DNA from: a virus
Reading direction: 5' to 3' (one strand)
Virus record (IMG/VR): IMGVR_UViG_3300002461_000278
Coordinates: 1-62,695 of that record
DNA length: 62,695 bases
Shown here: positions 53,201 through 61,797 of the stretch, one piece after another
How the letters are laid out: the number at the start of each line of letters is the position of its first letter
Position numbering within the stretch: position 1 is the stretch's first letter
Program-made: the position numbers and the translations under genes
Notes under the pieces: model-generated
The model's input: only the letters and a program-made list of their open reading frames with translations
Told to the model about the DNA's origin: nothing
Databases searched by the model: none

Positions 53201-56200
53201 TAGCGGTCGAGGCCAACGACCGAAAAGCGGTAATGGAAGCCGCGCGCGACGCTAAGCAGCTTCTCGCCGCCACGCCGCAGGCCATCAAGGACGACGATCT
53301 CCAGTATTGGTCGCAGTTCGGTCAGGTCATCGCGAAGATGGTCAAGCCGGGCTATGTGACGGCGAAGCAGCAGATCGAAGCTGAAGCCGCGCCGCCGCCG
53401 CCTGTCACGCGTGACAGCGGTTTAATTTCTGCGCCCTCAAATGAGGACGAAAAAATTAACACGCCTGCGCCGCCGCAAGCCTCCGAACCGGGCGAGAAAA
53501 TCGACACGGCCCCGGAAACTGCAGCTGCGCCGTCGATTGCTCTGGCACGGGCGCTGATGAAGCGCCTCGGGGCGGGCGAGGCGATCACAGCCAAGATCCT
53601 GCAGGACGAGGCGACCAAGGCCCACGGCGGTACGCTCGCAGAGGGCAAGTTCGACCGTAAGGACGCGCACGACGCGCTTGAGCTGGCGGTCAATCTCTAC
53701 ATTCGCGACACCCGCCACCTGCGCAGCGATAGCCCTGACGCGCGCATGGCATTCAAGATGCTCGACGAGTTTTTGGCAGACCTGCCGACGCAGCGCGTGC
53801 GCTCCGACGAGATGGTCGCGTTCGATCAGTTCTCCACGCCGCCGAATTATGCGCTTGCCGCGGCCTATGCCGCCAACTTGCGCTCTGGCGACACGCTGCT
53901 TGAGCCGTCGGCCGGCACCGGCTCGCTGGTCGCCGCGTCATCCATGCCCGGCGTCAAGATCGTCGCCAATGAGCTGTCCGACCGCCGTGCCGCGCTGTTG
54001 CGCGAGCTGGTCGGCACAAACGGTCGCGTCTTTAAGGAAAACGCCGAGCAGCTCGACAACGTGCTGCCCGATGACGTGACGCCGACCGTCGTGGTGATGA
54101 ACCCGCCGTTCTCGCAGACCGCTGGTCGCATGGGCGACAAGAAGGTGCCGATGACGCCGGCGGTGCACATCGAAGCCGCCTTGAAGCGTCTCGAGCCGGG
54201 CGGGCGCGTGGTCGCGATCGTCGGCCGCGGCATGACGATGGGATCGCCGACCTTCCGCGCCTGGTGGGGCAAGATCGGCGAGAAATATACCGTGGTCGCC
54301 AATATCGGCGTTGCCGGTGGCGCCTTTGAGAAATACGGCACCACTTTCGGCACGCGCCTGGTTGTCATAGATAAGGTCCAAGCCCCGGCGAATCATAAGC
54401 CGGTGCTGGTCGAAGCGCAGACGGTCGAGGACCTGATGCGCGCATTGGAGCCGATCCGCGATGCAAGACCATCCTCACCAGCACCACAAATTAGCGACGC
54501 TCAATCTCCTCCAGTTAAATCGAGCCGCGCTCCGTCAGTTGAAGGACGTGCAAGCGGAAGCACCGACGCACTATCTGCATCTGCTCAATCTGGCGGCATG
54601 GGGACTGGAGAACGGGGCGGAAGGGGAGTGGCCGTTCAAGGATCAGGCCGCGCTTCAACAGCAGGTGGACAATCTGTTCGCGTGGAAGCCGCAGATCGCG
54701 TTCAGGTGGCTGCTGAGCAATCCGAACGGGCAGGACAAGACAGAGCAGACGGCAAACCTCCTCAACGAGATCAACCTAGCGTCGACGCCGAAGGCAGCCG
54801 CGGCGGCAGTGCTCAACGCGATCTACAGCCGTCAGGTAGCGGACAATCCAGCGCTGCAGCCGTCGGCGAGCGAGTAGGGCTAGAACAGGTTGCGCCCGGC
54901 AAGCAGGGCGCTTCCGAGATCTCCGAAAGCCTCTATCAGCCTTATGAGCCCGCGCGCGTCCGCGTGAAGGGCGCAAAGCCGCATCCCGGCCCGCTGGTGG
55001 AATCGGCATCGATGTCGTCGGTTTCGCCGCCGCCGGCGACGTATGCGCCTCATCTGCCGAAGGCTGTCATCGAAAAGGGCCTGCTCTCGCTCGCCCAGCT
55101 CGAGACGACGGTTTACGCCGGTCAGGCGCACTCCAAGATGCTGCCTGCAGGCGAGGGCGAAACAGCCATGCGCCGCGGCTTCTTCATCGGCGACGGCACC
55201 GGCGTCGGCAAAGGCCGCGAGATCGCTGGCATAATCCTCGACAACTTCCAGCAGGGCCGGAAGAAGGCGATCTGGGTCTCGGAGAAGCAGACGCTGCTCA
55301 CCGACGCAAAACGCGATTGGGGCGGTCTCGAGCAGAACGCCAACCTCGTGTTCAACGCTGGCAAGGTCAAAACCGGCGAGCCGATCACCGCCGCAACGGG
55401 CGTGGGCTTCATCACCTACGACACGCTCAAGGGCGGCATGTCCGACCAGGAGGCGATCGCGCGCGGCGGTTTCGTGCGCAAGCAAAAGGTGTCGGTCAAC
55501 GGGCAGAGCGGCACGGTCGCTAAGATTGAGCCCGGCAACAGCAAGCGCCCGGCGCAGATTACCGTCGATCTGGACAACAAGACGCGCATCACCGCGCCCG
55601 CGAATGAAGTCACCGCGGCCGAGACCACGACTGTCAAATCCCGCGTCGACCAGCTCGTCGATTGGGTCGGCGCCGACTTCGACGGCGTTATCGCCTTCGA
55701 CGAAGCCCACAACATGGGCAACGCCGCCACGACCAAAGGCGATCGCGGTTTCAAGGACGCGGCGCAAAAGGCGCTCGCCGGCATCGCCCTGCAGGACCGC
55801 CTGCCGAATGCACGCGTGGTCTACGTCTCCGCTACTGGCGCAACCGAAGTGTCCAATCTGGCTTTCGCCAACCGTCTCGGCCTGTGGGGACGCGGCACGC
55901 CGTTCGCCTCACGCGACAAGTTCGTGGCCGACGTCGAAGAGGGCGGCATCGCGGCGATGGAGCTGATCGCCCGCGACATGAAGCAGCTCGGCCTCTACAC
56001 CGCGCGCAACCTCTCCTATGACGGCGTCGAATACGCCCGCGTCGAGCACAAGCTCGATGCCAACCAGCGGGAGATCTACGACACGCTGGCCGAGGCGTGG
56101 CAGTCCGTGCTGCGGAACATCAACGCCGCGCTCGAGGAGACCGGCGGCGACAAGGACGCGCGTGCCAAGTCGGCCGCGAAGTCTGCATTTTGGGGAGCGC

Positions 56201-59200
56201 ATCAGCGCTTCTTCAATCAGGTCATCTCGTCCATGCAGATGCCGTCGGTCATCGAGGACGTGGAAAAGGATCTGGCCGCCGGGCGCCAGGCGGTGCTGCA
56301 GCTCACCAATACCAACGAGGCCAGTCAGGAACGCGCCGCGGCGAAGGCGACGACGGCCGAGCAGATCGAAGACCTGGACATCACGCCGCGCGACCAGATC
56401 ATTCAGCTCGTCGAGCGCTCGTTCCCGACGCAGGAATACGAGACCTACACCGAGGAAGTTGACGGCAAATCCAAGGTCCGTTCGCGACCGGTGGTCGATA
56501 GCAACGGCGCGCCGGTGCAGAACAAGCAGGCGCTGCGGATGAAAGAGGACCTGATCGAGAAGCTCGCCTCGATCCGCGTCCCGCAAGGCCCGCTGGACAT
56601 GGTGCTCGATCACTTCGGCGTCGACGTCGTCGCGGAAGTGACCGGCCGCGGCCGCCGCTTCGTGCTCAAACCGGACGAAAAGACCGGCGAGCGCAAGCGA
56701 GTGGAGGAAAGCCGGCCGGGATCCGCAAACCTCGCCGAGACTGACGCCTTCCAGGCGGGCAAAAAGAAGATCCTGATCTTCTCGGAGGCCGGCGGTACCG
56801 GGCGCTCCTATCATGCTGACAACACGTCGGCGTCGAAGAACGCACGCCGCGCGCACTATCTCGTGCAAGGCGGTTGGCGCGCCGACAAGGCCGTGCAGGG
56901 CTTCGGGCGCACGCATCGCACCAATCAGGCCTCCGCGCCGATCGTGAAGCTGGTGACGACCGACCTGCAGGGCCAGAAGCGCTTCATCTCGTCGATCGCG
57001 CGCAGGCTTTCCCAGCTCGGGGCGCTCACCAAGGGCCAGCGCCAGGCGGGCGATCAGGGCATCTTCTCGGCCCGCGACAATCTGGAAAGCACCGAGGCGA
57101 CGTCGGCGCTGCGGCAGTTCTACACGGACCTGCTGCACGACAACGTCAAGGGCGTCGATATCGTCGATTTCGAGGAACAGACCGGCCTGCAGCTGCGGAA
57201 CAAGGACGACGAAGGCCGCTCGATGGGCGCGAAGGAGGACCTGCCGCCGATCACGCAGTTCCTTAATCGTCTGTTGTCGCTCAAGATCGACATGCAGAAC
57301 CGCGTGTTCGACGCATTCTCCGAGCGGCTCGATCGCGTCATTGAAGCGCGTCAGGCCGCAGGCCTGCTCGATGTCGGCCTCGAGACGGTGAAAGCCGACA
57401 AGATCGTCAAGGAGACCGAGAAGGTCGTCCACACGATCGAGGACACCAGCGCCGAGACGAAGCACGTCAAGTTCACGCTCTCCAACAAGTTCGTGGCGCT
57501 CGCCTTCGACGACGTCGCCGACAACAAGAACCGCCCGGTCAAATTCTTCGTGCGCAGCCCGAAGGGCAAGGTTTATGCGGTGGCGGAAGCCTCGAGCTTG
57601 ACGGACGCGAAGGGCAAGATCGTCGATTACTACCGCCTCATCAACGGCGTTTCAGGCTCGCATGTCGTCGAGCGCGCCAACGTCGACACCGGCAAGGGTT
57701 GGGACCGCATCGATCGCCGCCAGGCAGAGACGATGTGGAAGGCCGAGATCGACAAGGCCCCGGAATTCATCAGCTACCCGATGCACCTCATCACCGGCGC
57801 GATCCTGCCGATTTGGGACCGCCTCAAGGGCAGCGCGCGCGTGGTGCGCCTGCAGACGGACACCGGCGAGCAGTTCATCGGGCGCGTCATCCCCAACGCC
57901 CGCATTGCCGATACGCTCAAGGCGCTCGGCGCAGAAGCCGACGCGCCCAAGGTGACGCCGGAAAGCCTGCATGCCGCGCTCTCCGCCGGCGGCCGCGCTA
58001 CGCTGTCCAATGGATGGGTGCTCAAGCGATCGCGCGTTGCCAACGAACAGCGCATCGAGCTGACCGGCCCGTCGTCGTTCTCCGAAGGCACCGAGGTCAA
58101 GAAAGACGGCGCTTTCACCGAGCGTATCGACTTCAAGGTGCGATACTTCGTACCGACGTCGCTGCCGGATGGCCCGGAGACGCTGCAGCGCATCACGCGC
58201 TACCGCCCGGTCGTGGAGCTGACAGAGGCGAACGCCCGGCCGGGCCAGATGGCCGCCGGCGACGAGGATGCCATGTTCAAGCTGCGCACGCTCGAGCTGC
58301 GCGCGCCCTTCACCGACGAATTCACCGAGCAGCGCGAGAAGGTCTATCCGCTTCTGCGCCGCGAGCTGGACCGGCTTGGCCTGCCTCAGATAGCGTTGAA
58401 ACTGCCCGACACGATCGAAGCCTACGTCAACGGCAAGACCGTATCGGCCGACGGGCACTATCTGCGCGGTGTGCTGTCGATCGCGCTCGATGCCAACCGA
58501 AAATTCAACACTCTCCATCACGAGGCGCTGCATGCGCTCCGGCGCTTCGGTCTGTTCAAAGATGGCGAGTGGTCAATTCTAACGCGGGCCGCCAACGCCA
58601 GATGGCTCAACCAGTTCAAGATCAGCGAGCGCTACTCTGCTTGGCCGCAGGACAAGCAGATCGAAGAAGCGATCGCGCACGCTTATGCCGAATGGGCCGA
58701 GGGCAAGTTGACCGTAGAAGGCCGCATCGCACGGCTGTTCAAGCGGATTGGCGAATTCTTCGAAGCTGTCGGCAACGCGCTGCGCGGTGCAGGCTTCAGG
58801 ACCGCCGAGGGCATCTTCCGCGACATCAAGGGCGGAGAAGTCGGGTGGCGGATGCAGCCGCGGAACGTCTCGACCGGTCAGTTCGCGCCTGAAGGCGCGA
58901 TCGCCTATGCCGTCCGGTCCTCCGATGGCGACCTGTTCAAATCTGAGATCGTGCAGACGCCCGATGGTCCGCGGGAGCAGCTCGTTATTCCCGGCGCCGA
59001 GCGGATCAGCGATCGCCAGCGCGCCGAGCGCGAAGGGGCAAAGCCGAAGCGCTCTAGCAAGCCGCAAAAGACCGTCGATGGCCTGCCGCTGTTCGAGAAT
59101 GAGCCCGAACCCGATCTGCCGCTGTTCGCGCTCCGGCAGGAGCCCGGCACCGCCATCGAGCGCCACAACGCTGCGCAGGGCTTTCTGCAGCGCGGTCAGT

Positions 59201-61797
59201 TCATCGATCGAGCACTGCGCATGCCGTTCGACGTGCTTGGCGGCACCACTAAGGATGGCGTCTGGAAGCCCGGTCGGCGGATGTTCGACAAAGCCGCGTC
59301 CGTCATCACCAGGGCGGAATTCTCGACTGAGGGCCGCTTTGCCTTCCTCAATCCGGTCATGGAGGTTGCGCGCACCGGCCTTGTCGATCGCTACAGCCTT
59401 CGTGATCTGCCGGAATACGTCGATCGAGAACGCAAGCGCGCGCTCGATGAGCGGGCAGTCATGCTGCAGGGTGTCGAAGCGCTCAAGAGCCTCAAGGATC
59501 ACGGCGTCGGCCGCGAAGAGGCCAAGGTGCTACAGGCGATCCTGACCGGCGAGCAAGTCGCCGCCGGCGACATGGAAAAGCTGTCGGAGCCGATCCGCGC
59601 CGCGATCGACCAGCTCGGGCAGGAAGCCGTTGCGCTGGGCATGGTCAGCCCCGAATCCTATGAGCGCAATCGCGGGACCTATCTGCACCGCGTCTATCAG
59701 AAATACGAGGCCGAGCAGTCTGGCTTGGCGCGCATGGTCAACCGGATCATGGGCTCCAAGCGCAAGAAGATCATCGGCGACCAGTTCAAGGGCCGCGGCC
59801 TGTTTCAGGAAGTCGACGTCGCTCGGCTGATGAAAGACGTGCCGGGCTGGAACGAGGCCGCGCGCGGCAAGCCGCAGAAGGGCGAGGCCTTCATCCTGCT
59901 GGACGAGATGCCGGCACAGGGTGCGCTCGCCCTCAACGATGACACCAGCAAGGTTAAGCCGCTGCGCAGGATCTACTGGCCGGCGGAAACTGCCATTCCC
60001 GATCGCTACGATGGCTTCCGCAATCAAGGCATGTGGGAGGTGCGCGACGTCAGCGGTGGCAAAATCACGCTCTGGCGCGACTTCACCAAGGAAGAACGCA
60101 CCAAGATGGGCGAGATCCTCGACGCCCGTTACACCATCGGCAAGACGTTCATGCTGATGGCGCATGATTTGGCGAATGGGCGCTTCTACAAGGACATCGC
60201 CGAGAACGAGGGCTGGGCTCGATCGACGCCGCCGAATGCGAAGTGGCTGGACGCCTCAGAATGGGCCGCGCAGCGCCAGCGCGCCTTCAAGCATGGCGAC
60301 GTCGCCTGGGTGAAAGTGCCCGACGTCGAGATCCCGAATTCGGGCGGCAAGAAGCGCTGGGGCGCGCTCGCAGGCAAATGGGTCCGCGAAGAAATCTGGC
60401 GCGACCTTAACGAGCTGCAGATCATGCAGACGCCCGGCCTGTGGCGTGCGCTGCTGACGCAGTGGAAGCTCAACAAGACCGCGCGATCGCCGGTCGTGCA
60501 CATGAACAACGTGCTGTCGAACTTCGTCCTGATGGACATGATCGACGTGCGCTTTCAGGACTTCGCGTCGGGTTTGCGGTCGTACATCAAGGGCGACGAG
60601 GCCTATCAGGAGGCCTTCGCCAATGGCGCCTTCGGTGGCGACATGATGAGCCAGGAGGTCCGCGACCAGGTCCTCAAGCCGATCCTCGAGGAACTGGAGA
60701 AGGGCAACACGTACCAGCAGGGCGGGCATCTCGGCGCGCTCAGCCAGGTCAGCAAGTTCACCGAAAGCCTGTGGACCAAGCTCAAGGCGGTCGATGCGAA
60801 GATGATCGACGCGTACCGGGTGGAAGACGAGATCTTCCGCATGGCGGCATATACGCGCCGGCGCCAGCTCGGCGACGATCCGAAGCAGGCCGCGGACGTC
60901 GCGCGCGAGCAGTTCATCGATTACGACGTGCGCGCGCCTTGGATCAACGCTGCGCGCAACACCGTCCTGCCGTTCATCACCTACACCTATCGCGCCGCTC
61001 CGATGGTGGCGCGCGCGATCGCCACGCGGCCGTGGAAGCTCGGCAAGTATTTCCTGCTGACCTACATGCTCAATGCGCTGGCCTATGGCCTCACCGGCGA
61101 CGACGACGAGACGGCCGAGGAGCGCGGCAAGCGCGAAGACCGCGAGCGGAAGTCGCTGCGCGAGAATGAGCAGGGACGAGCATGGCTCGGAACGCCGCGC
61201 ATGCTGCGGATCCCGCTCAACGATCGCTACAACAACCCGCTGTTCCTCGACATTCGCCGCTGGGTGCCCGCGTCCGACATCTTCGACACGCAGGGCAACG
61301 ACATGCCGGCGTGGCTCAATCTCGGCGGTCCGCTGATGATCGGCGCCGAGCTGTTCCTCAATCGCAATGCCTTCACCGGCGAGGCCATCGTCAACACGAA
61401 GACCGATGACGTGTGGGATCGAATGGGCAACCGAGGCGACCACGTCTACAAGTCGTACATGCCGTCGGCCGCGTGGGTGCCGAACTCCTGGTATTGGGAC
61501 AAGATCGAGAACGCCGTCAAAGGCGCGACCGACGCGCAAGGACGTCCCTACAGCACGCTCGGCGCTGTCAGCAATTCCGTCGGCATCAAAGTAAAACCGC
61601 AGGACGTCGAGGACGGCCTGCGGTGGAAGGCTTACGAGTTCAGCAAGGTCGAGCAGGAGCTGTCAACGGAAGCCGGGCGGCTGGCGCGCCGGCGCGATCG
61701 CAAGATCATTTCAGAGAGCGAGTTCGAGCGCGCGATGGCCGACATCGGCAACAAGCGCCGCAAGCTCAACGAAAAACGCGAGAAGCTGCTGGACTAG
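50272..61797 (+). CDS. Giant polyvalent protein (3841 aa): N6-adenine DNA methyltransferase, strawberry-notch-type helicase, and HExxH module
   Basis: - MTase motif I EPSAGTGS at 53902..53925 and motif IV NPPF at 54100..54111.
- P-loop GDGTGVGKGR at 55189..55218.
- DEAH at 55699..55710.
- GRTHRTNQ at 56905..56928.
- HEALH at 58519..58533.
- PPase-like DGDPVDFYVGPN at 52126..52161.
- A single uninterrupted ORF. Confidence 0.85.
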   Translation: MNLDITGLKPLDASGLTPVAPDGLQIDVTGLKPLDVTGLKPASAAPAQTSPTETSLSDYPVEFGKGVLEGAKNLPASAMKGAGAAATGFTRDQRTVFDRIDRGERVSDMEDPVGYQHMSPEQRMAARADIDRASAVPLTQSPLYRAGEAVEEFGKETLAPAPGFEGSWTRDIGSGFGSMAAGIGLSLVPHVGPFAAQATFFGAGQGEAVDRAVKKGATEEQSIQAARLGTIPGATDALDMLLPQLGSTGRALGFIKRVGLRALEGALLEGGQEGVQQLMQNAIAQGVYNPAQDLLEDVPRSMAIGAIVGGATSGGFAAADRRQPAAAQPQAAPAQQIDPVLQQAAPQGVPSGAIPAETILPPDPVNQPFSTSVESPAAPIGAPLSGGPVLADASAGIQPPASGLPAAAELPGNPVELDATGLEPMPPPSTRPLLEQILNDPRPVAEIRAEMEAARKASLTPAVDSARLGEVQDDGILGFQSLNGQVRLIDGRVIPVSQGAGQIWGPEGVLIHPNIVAAFKNGPTDEWVPTKLPGSRRAPVQLETAGDPSLGAEQTVQPKSMAQAEAGNYRKRHVKWNGIDGAIETEAGQERTGIGADGTPWSVTLQHPYGEFKRTEGKDGDPVDFYVGPNPDSGRAVVIDQVDPDTRKFDEHKVVIGVRSGDEALAVYNSGFSDGSAEMRVGAATEMSAAELKTWLEQGNTKKPLAYTNPPVDRSPKGPLSLFQFLAKNGGIQDHGGELRHMGLDRTFVPSFGRLVRSSGMTLDRAREALVEAGYLQDAGAISGGNPESFINDLLEALDDESRGNRLYSVQDVEAYQTRESQRQEKANAEELARAIDDVRSIAKTEGINATEQELKDAAEFSLVNGTDLIDGLIEIVERSAYAAHDEVVALEPQEQGDGQPAADDTGRSDQGSAGSAPPRERAAGPEAGAAPEPPARGEQSGQAEQPRGEAPVEAPTDNRQYLASKAMEDALDKIEVAVEANDRKAVMEAARDAKQLLAATPQAIKDDDLQYWSQFGQVIAKMVKPGYVTAKQQIEAEAAPPPPVTRDSGLISAPSNEDEKINTPAPPQASEPGEKIDTAPETAAAPSIALARALMKRLGAGEAITAKILQDEATKAHGGTLAEGKFDRKDAHDALELAVNLYIRDTRHLRSDSPDARMAFKMLDEFLADLPTQRVRSDEMVAFDQFSTPPNYALAAAYAANLRSGDTLLEPSAGTGSLVAASSMPGVKIVANELSDRRAALLRELVGTNGRVFKENAEQLDNVLPDDVTPTVVVMNPPFSQTAGRMGDKKVPMTPAVHIEAALKRLEPGGRVVAIVGRGMTMGSPTFRAWWGKIGEKYTVVANIGVAGGAFEKYGTTFGTRLVVIDKVQAPANHKPVLVEAQTVEDLMRALEPIRDARPSSPAPQISDAQSPPVKSSRAPSVEGRASGSTDALSASAQSGGMGTGERGGRGVAVQGSGRASTAGGQSVRVEAADRVQVAAEQSERAGQDRADGKPPQRDQPSVDAEGSRGGSAQRDLQPSGSGQSSAAAVGERVGLEQVAPGKQGASEISESLYQPYEPARVRVKGAKPHPGPLVESASMSSVSPPPATYAPHLPKAVIEKGLLSLAQLETTVYAGQAHSKMLPAGEGETAMRRGFFIGDGTGVGKGREIAGIILDNFQQGRKKAIWVSEKQTLLTDAKRDWGGLEQNANLVFNAGKVKTGEPITAATGVGFITYDTLKGGMSDQEAIARGGFVRKQKVSVNGQSGTVAKIEPGNSKRPAQITVDLDNKTRITAPANEVTAAETTTVKSRVDQLVDWVGADFDGVIAFDEAHNMGNAATTKGDRGFKDAAQKALAGIALQDRLPNARVVYVSATGATEVSNLAFANRLGLWGRGTPFASRDKFVADVEEGGIAAMELIARDMKQLGLYTARNLSYDGVEYARVEHKLDANQREIYDTLAEAWQSVLRNINAALEETGGDKDARAKSAAKSAFWGAHQRFFNQVISSMQMPSVIEDVEKDLAAGRQAVLQLTNTNEASQERAAAKATTAEQIEDLDITPRDQIIQLVERSFPTQEYETYTEEVDGKSKVRSRPVVDSNGAPVQNKQALRMKEDLIEKLASIRVPQGPLDMVLDHFGVDVVAEVTGRGRRFVLKPDEKTGERKRVEESRPGSANLAETDAFQAGKKKILIFSEAGGTGRSYHADNTSASKNARRAHYLVQGGWRADKAVQGFGRTHRTNQASAPIVKLVTTDLQGQKRFISSIARRLSQLGALTKGQRQAGDQGIFSARDNLESTEATSALRQFYTDLLHDNVKGVDIVDFEEQTGLQLRNKDDEGRSMGAKEDLPPITQFLNRLLSLKIDMQNRVFDAFSERLDRVIEARQAAGLLDVGLETVKADKIVKETEKVVHTIEDTSAETKHVKFTLSNKFVALAFDDVADNKNRPVKFFVRSPKGKVYAVAEASSLTDAKGKIVDYYRLINGVSGSHVVERANVDTGKGWDRIDRRQAETMWKAEIDKAPEFISYPMHLITGAILPIWDRLKGSARVVRLQTDTGEQFIGRVIPNARIADTLKALGAEADAPKVTPESLHAALSAGGRATLSNGWVLKRSRVANEQRIELTGPSSFSEGTEVKKDGAFTERIDFKVRYFVPTSLPDGPETLQRITRYRPVVELTEANARPGQMAAGDEDAMFKLRTLELRAPFTDEFTEQREKVYPLLRRELDRLGLPQIALKLPDTIEAYVNGKTVSADGHYLRGVLSIALDANRKFNTLHHEALHALRRFGLFKDGEWSILTRAANARWLNQFKISERYSAWPQDKQIEEAIAHAYAEWAEGKLTVEGRIARLFKRIGEFFEAVGNALRGAGFRTAEGIFRDIKGGEVGWRMQPRNVSTGQFAPEGAIAYAVRSSDGDLFKSEIVQTPDGPREQLVIPGAERISDRQRAEREGAKPKRSSKPQKTVDGLPLFENEPEPDLPLFALRQEPGTAIERHNAAQGFLQRGQFIDRALRMPFDVLGGTTKDGVWKPGRRMFDKAASVITRAEFSTEGRFAFLNPVMEVARTGLVDRYSLRDLPEYVDRERKRALDERAVMLQGVEALKSLKDHGVGREEAKVLQAILTGEQVAAGDMEKLSEPIRAAIDQLGQEAVALGMVSPESYERNRGTYLHRVYQKYEAEQSGLARMVNRIMGSKRKKIIGDQFKGRGLFQEVDVARLMKDVPGWNEAARGKPQKGEAFILLDEMPAQGALALNDDTSKVKPLRRIYWPAETAIPDRYDGFRNQGMWEVRDVSGGKITLWRDFTKEERTKMGEILDARYTIGKTFMLMAHDLANGRFYKDIAENEGWARSTPPNAKWLDASEWAAQRQRAFKHGDVAWVKVPDVEIPNSGGKKRWGALAGKWVREEIWRDLNELQIMQTPGLWRALLTQWKLNKTARSPVVHMNNVLSNFVLMDMIDVRFQDFASGLRSYIKGDEAYQEAFANGAFGGDMMSQEVRDQVLKPILEELEKGNTYQQGGHLGALSQVSKFTESLWTKLKAVDAKMIDAYRVEDEIFRMAAYTRRRQLGDDPKQAADVAREQFIDYDVRAPWINAARNTVLPFITYTYRAAPMVARAIATRPWKLGKYFLLTYMLNALAYGLTGDDDETAEERGKREDRERKSLRENEQGRAWLGTPRMLRIPLNDRYNNPLFLDIRRWVPASDIFDTQGNDMPAWLNLGGPLMIGAELFLNRNAFTGEAIVNTKTDDVWDRMGNRGDHVYKSYMPSAAWVPNSWYWDKIENAVKGATDAQGRPYSTLGAVSNSVGIKVKPQDVEDGLRWKAYEFSKVEQELSTEAGRLARRRDRKIISESEFERAMADIGNKRRKLNEKREKLLD
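53404..53415. repeat. GTCACGCGTGAC palindrome, copy 7 (extended form CTGTCACGCGTGACAG, 53402..53417)
   Basis: Exact 16-bp palindrome inside the giant gene. Confidence 0.9.
54461..54877 (+). CDS. 138-codon +1-frame ORF embedded in the giant gene linker; candidate overprinted gene
   Basis: ATG at 54461 with GGAG 10 nt upstream. The frame is bounded by TGA 54434 and TAG 54875. Third-position G/C is high in this frame and low in the giant frame. The composition is non-junk. Confidence 0.4.
   Translation: MQDHPHQHHKLATLNLLQLNRAALRQLKDVQAEAPTHYLHLLNLAAWGLENGAEGEWPFKDQAALQQQVDNLFAWKPQIAFRWLLSNPNGQDKTEQTANLLNEINLASTPKAAAAAVLNAIYSRQVADNPALQPSASE

Noticed and set aside
50272-61797. The giant gene as an N4-type virion RNA polymerase.
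   Set aside because: The size and position are reminiscent. However, the motifs actually readable are MTase (NPPF), a SBNO-type helicase and HExxH. No RNA polymerase-like motifs were noticed.
61794-61797. The shared CTAG stop overlap as a regulatory feature in its own right.
   Set aside because: It is probably just compact convergent packing. It is noted under the OMP finding only.
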